Origin: a virus
Lineage: Duplodnaviria > Heunggongvirae > Uroviricota > Caudoviricetes
Direction: 5' to 3' (one strand)
Virus record (IMG/VR): IMGVR_UViG_3300028454_001165
Location: 1 to 64,000 of that record
DNA length: 64,000 nt
Part shown: one piece after another, positions 62,101 to 64,000 of the stretch
Layout: every line of letters starts with the position of its first letter
Numbering within the stretch: the first letter of the stretch is position 1
Made by a program: the position numbers and the translations under genes
Notes under the pieces: model-generated
Databases searched by the model: none
Told to the model about the DNA's origin: nothing
The model's input: the letters and a program-made list of their open reading frames with translations, nothing else

Positions 62101-64000
62101 AAATCGCCGGGGCAATCGCACTTCTGGCCGGAGCGGCGTTTCTGATCAGCCGTATCGACAGCGAAAAGATCGGCGGTGTGATCGGTACGCTCGCCACTTC
62201 CTTTGCCGGTCTGATAGGAGTTTTACTTGTTTCTCAATTTGCGGATTCAAAGTCGCTTCACGCTTTGCCGCAGATCGCTCTTGCCCTTGCAGCTTCCATG
62301 ATTTTGCTGGCCAAAGCGGTCGGCATGATGGTGGATCCGATGAAGGCTCTCGGAGAGCTTGAGAATTTCTGGCCAAGTTTCGGCAGGCTTGCCGCGCTTC
62401 TCGGTCTGATGTCCGCGGTTCTCGGCGCGTTCACGGCGGCGAATCTGGCCGGTGAAGGCGGAGGACTCATCGGCGCGGCAAAGGACATTCGGCAGTTTGT
62501 GGTTTCGGCCGCGTTGCTGCTCGGTGTCCTGAAGCTGTACTCGATGGTGGACTGGCCGACAATAGGCGACGGGCTATTGAAGATCGCAGCGGCATTCGGC
62601 GCTCTCGGATTGGTATCGGCAGGAATCTTCGGCCTCTTTGAGCTGATGAGCAGAATCGGCGATATCAGTTCTTCCTTCTCCGATTTCGGAGGCGGGATGC
62701 TGAAAGTTGTCGGCGCGCTGGCGATTCTGATGGGACTTCTGGCCGCGCTCAGTCTGCTCGGCTGGAGCGATATCCTGTCCTCCCTCGGAAAGATTGGGGT
62801 GGCGCTTCTCGGCCTTGTGGCGGGTATACTTGCTTTATCTTTTGCGGCTGCAGTTCTCAAACCATGTCTTGATACTCTTAATAAATTGGCGAATGTGCTA
62901 TTCAAAATAGGAGCCGGTGTCGCGCTGTTTTCAGGCGGACTTCTGATTTTCGGACTGCTTGCAAAAATCCTCGGAGACGCGGCGGACGATCTGATTGACG
63001 CCGGAATGACACTTGTCCTCAAGGTACTTGACGCTCTCGCGCAGAACGCCGAACAGATCGCGGAGGACGTTTGCATTATCTTATTGGATATCCTCATGGT
63101 CGCTCTGCGGCTTCTGGCGGAGCATATTCCGGAAATCACGGAGTATGTCTGCGAGATCCTCGGCGGGCTGATCAAGGGTGTGAAGCAGGCTCTCGGAGAA
63201 GGAGGAATCGATCTCAGTGAACTGATCGGTGGAGGCGGACTGCTTGCCGGTCTGATCGCCGCGGTCTGGTTATTGAAGAAGTCCGGTTTAACGACGAAGG
63301 ACTTTCTCCACGCCGGACTGATGATCCTCGAAGCTGCGGCGCTTCTGGTCGAGATCGGCGCATTGTTCGCCGCGATCGGATGGCTTTCCGACAAGGTCGG
63401 CGGGGTCGAAATGATCCGTTCTTTCGGAGAGTTCTGCTCCGCAATTGCAGGAGTGTTTGAGGCAGACTGGGGCGTCGGCGTGCTGTTTGCCGCTATCGCC
63501 GGACTGCTGGTGCTTTTCGATAAATTCAATCTCGGTGCGATCAGCGCGGGAGCGTTCGGCTCCGTTGTTGTGGCCATCGCGGAAGTCGCCGGAGTGATCG
63601 AGGCAATGGGACTGATATTTGCCGCCGGTGGAGCCATCATCAATCTTCTTGAACAGATACCCGGCGGTGGCGAAGGAGCTATTGTCGACCGGATCAACAA
63701 ATTCGGTGATATGGTGGTAGCCATTGCGGACGTAATCGGCGGGGTTGTCGGTCATCTGATCGGCAGTCTTGCCGGAGGTATTGCCGGGGAGACGATCGAC
63801 GCTGTTATGAGCGGATACGGCGACGGACTGGCGCATATTGCGGAAAAGGCCGAAGGGTTCTTTACGCTGATGGACGGGCTGAATGAAGGGACGCTTGAAG
63901 GATGTCGGATATTTGCGGAGATGATCCTGACTCTGACGAAAGCGAGCGTTCTGGACGGTCTGACATCATGGTTCACCGGAGGCATTGATTTCAGCGGATT
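59106..64000 (+). CDS. tail tape measure protein (partial, at least 1631 aa, continues past window end)
   Basis: ATGA overlap with upstream gene. GGAGGTGAAG RBS. Open frame to position 64000. Long helical Gly/Ala/Leu-rich sequence with a central cluster of hydrophobic helices. Position after chaperones. Confidence 0.8.
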   Translation, partial: MSRTIDEKVVEMRFDNADFERNVSQSMSTLDKLKSALDFSGAEKAFSGISSAADNVDFGGLTGALSGVGEKFSALETIAIGALMNIGASIETWVVDKLKAVSTDQIVAGFDKYGEKTTAVQTIMNATGRTIDDVSDKLATLNWFTDETSYNFTDMTNSIGKFTSQGIELEDAVSAMEGISTAAALAGQNAASASRVMYNFSQSLGMGAVKLPDWMSVENANMATEEFKQTIIDTAVELGRLDKYGNINEIASSNYNGDHFVNVGNFRSTLAAGWFDNKVLIAAMNKFGGFAGRLNEVYDQFNENYDVTTSQILTWLNAYMDGTLEIEDVVKKTGLAAEEILPILEELSSDEYELGRRAFAAAQEAKTFEDVINATTDAVSTAWMNVFENIFGNYEEAKVTWTQLSNELWDIFAGPISNLNDLLTDWHDMGGREDFIQSIKNMYHAVRSFLDPIGEAWEAMEAMEAEELFGITKRFREFTEGLILSEEKMDKIRGTFEGFFRDLSGVKDGLGEYLGGLSRVFSLAKDGIGGLTREFAAGFSGTNGLSGFFGGISDLYSRAGAVLSDFAIGIRRVRGAMDALADGSLLDTGVLESLREQYPLAAKLIGIYDKLAETMRVFGTAFGKYIDLSVFFKDGAISFDTVVDGMTSRLAAFLGAITEVVHIWTGADIAGTADGIRKILFDLADGLKTLAHHEGWGKIKDGILGIGTAFRETFGGIEEFFGPAWTAAVTIFNDWLEGIRMLLGSTGGDLDGFFGTIVGGLETVQDFIRNNEGFSAFINGIKDGIVFVSEFLTKFLSLTDSIRVYQENGGGLTGLLAVIEDKLKIILDTVFDIIQNVTGLDLHYIGDGVIDVIQGIGFALLQVADTVSKAFGWNDNPFGKLLESLGGEYGGFEGVGVDLSGIFDKIGGAFSKFGEIVQKMAPGVSDLLSGLGKILGDVVKLIRDLTNGIDLPTLTELILLAIKAFATIRLMHKAGDALEAVGNALTSWQKTLKVTMLLEIAGAIALLAGAAFLISRIDSEKIGGVIGTLATSFAGLIGVLLVSQFADSKSLHALPQIALALAASMILLAKAVGMMVDPMKALGELENFWPSFGRLAALLGLMSAVLGAFTAANLAGEGGGLIGAAKDIRQFVVSAALLLGVLKLYSMVDWPTIGDGLLKIAAAFGALGLVSAGIFGLFELMSRIGDISSSFSDFGGGMLKVVGALAILMGLLAALSLLGWSDILSSLGKIGVALLGLVAGILALSFAAAVLKPCLDTLNKLANVLFKIGAGVALFSGGLLIFGLLAKILGDAADDLIDAGMTLVLKVLDALAQNAEQIAEDVCIILLDILMVALRLLAEHIPEITEYVCEILGGLIKGVKQALGEGGIDLSELIGGGGLLAGLIAAVWLLKKSGLTTKDFLHAGLMILEAAALLVEIGALFAAIGWLSDKVGGVEMIRSFGEFCSAIAGVFEADWGVGVLFAAIAGLLVLFDKFNLGAISAGAFGSVVVAIAEVAGVIEAMGLIFAAGGAIINLLEQIPGGGEGAIVDRINKFGDMVVAIADVIGGVVGHLIGSLAGGIAGETIDAVMSGYGDGLAHIAEKAEGFFTLMDGLNEGTLEGCRIFAEMILTLTKASVLDGLTSWFTGGIDFSG

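Noticed and set aside
62258-63724. 488-aa - strand ORF, and similar long - strand ORFs at 51795..53327, 53400..55436, 49194..50357, 34048..34989, 35278..36021, 20818..21768, 56141..56917
   Set aside because: All lie antisense to well-supported + strand genes (tape measure, portal, capsid, phosphoesterase, helicase and others). They lack RBSs, show Arg/Ser/Pro/Ala low complexity typical of GC-rich reverse frames, and would break the uniform + strand operon structure.

Overview
The window opens with a complete class II lysyl-tRNA synthetase gene (lysS, 1..1506) and its terminator. Everything downstream is one contiguous siphovirus-like phage or prophage genome from a high-GC Firmicute: almost all genes are on the + strand with strong AGGAGG-type RBSs, and there is a long tape-measure gene at the right end. 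No integrase or att site was recognised, so prophage versus free phage carrying lysS cannot be decided from this window. Layout: (i) 1.7-11 kb is an early/accessory region of small genes, including a paralogous membrane-protein family. (ii) 11.0-15.2 kb is a single 1398-aa replication protein with SF3-helicase, AEP-primase and exonuclease-proficient family-B polymerase signatures. (iii) 15.2-39.8 kb is a dense array of more than 50 small gene cassettes, including a low-GC island, an SPFH/prohibitin homolog, an SF2 helicase, ThyX-like and MazG-like proteins, a sigma-region-4/alpha-CTD-like fusion, a DUF4160/DUF2442 pair, VRR-NUC and PD-(D/E)xK nucleases, and small hydrophobic peptides on the - strand. 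(iv) 39.8-64 kb encodes a 940-aa multi-HTH protein, HNH endonuclease, head-tail connector, large terminase, an HTH-metallophosphoesterase, a portal with repetitive C-terminal extension, a fused prohead protease-scaffold-major capsid protein, two tandem tail-tube paralogs, chaperones and the 5' 4.9 kb of a tape-measure gene. The most unusual content is non-coding. A strictly + strand 9-mer TTGATATTT occurs 23 times in 15.2-39.8 kb, often supplying the TGA stop codon of the upstream gene. A second promoter-like element, CGCG-N16-TAATGG, occurs 14 times with exact spacing. Two cassettes share identical 5' and 3' flanks around different coding fillers. A 650-bp gene-free region carries TGGCCA iterons, palindromes and an AT-rich core. 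Five G9-10/C9 homopolymer tracts plus a C14 tract are present. Two paralogous 28-35 aa hydrophobic peptides sit on the - strand behind canonical sigma70 promoters. Together these suggest a recombination-prone cassette system with its own transcription signals, possibly read by the phage-encoded sigma-r4/alpha-CTD protein. All functional calls rest on motif recognition by eye; no database search was possible.
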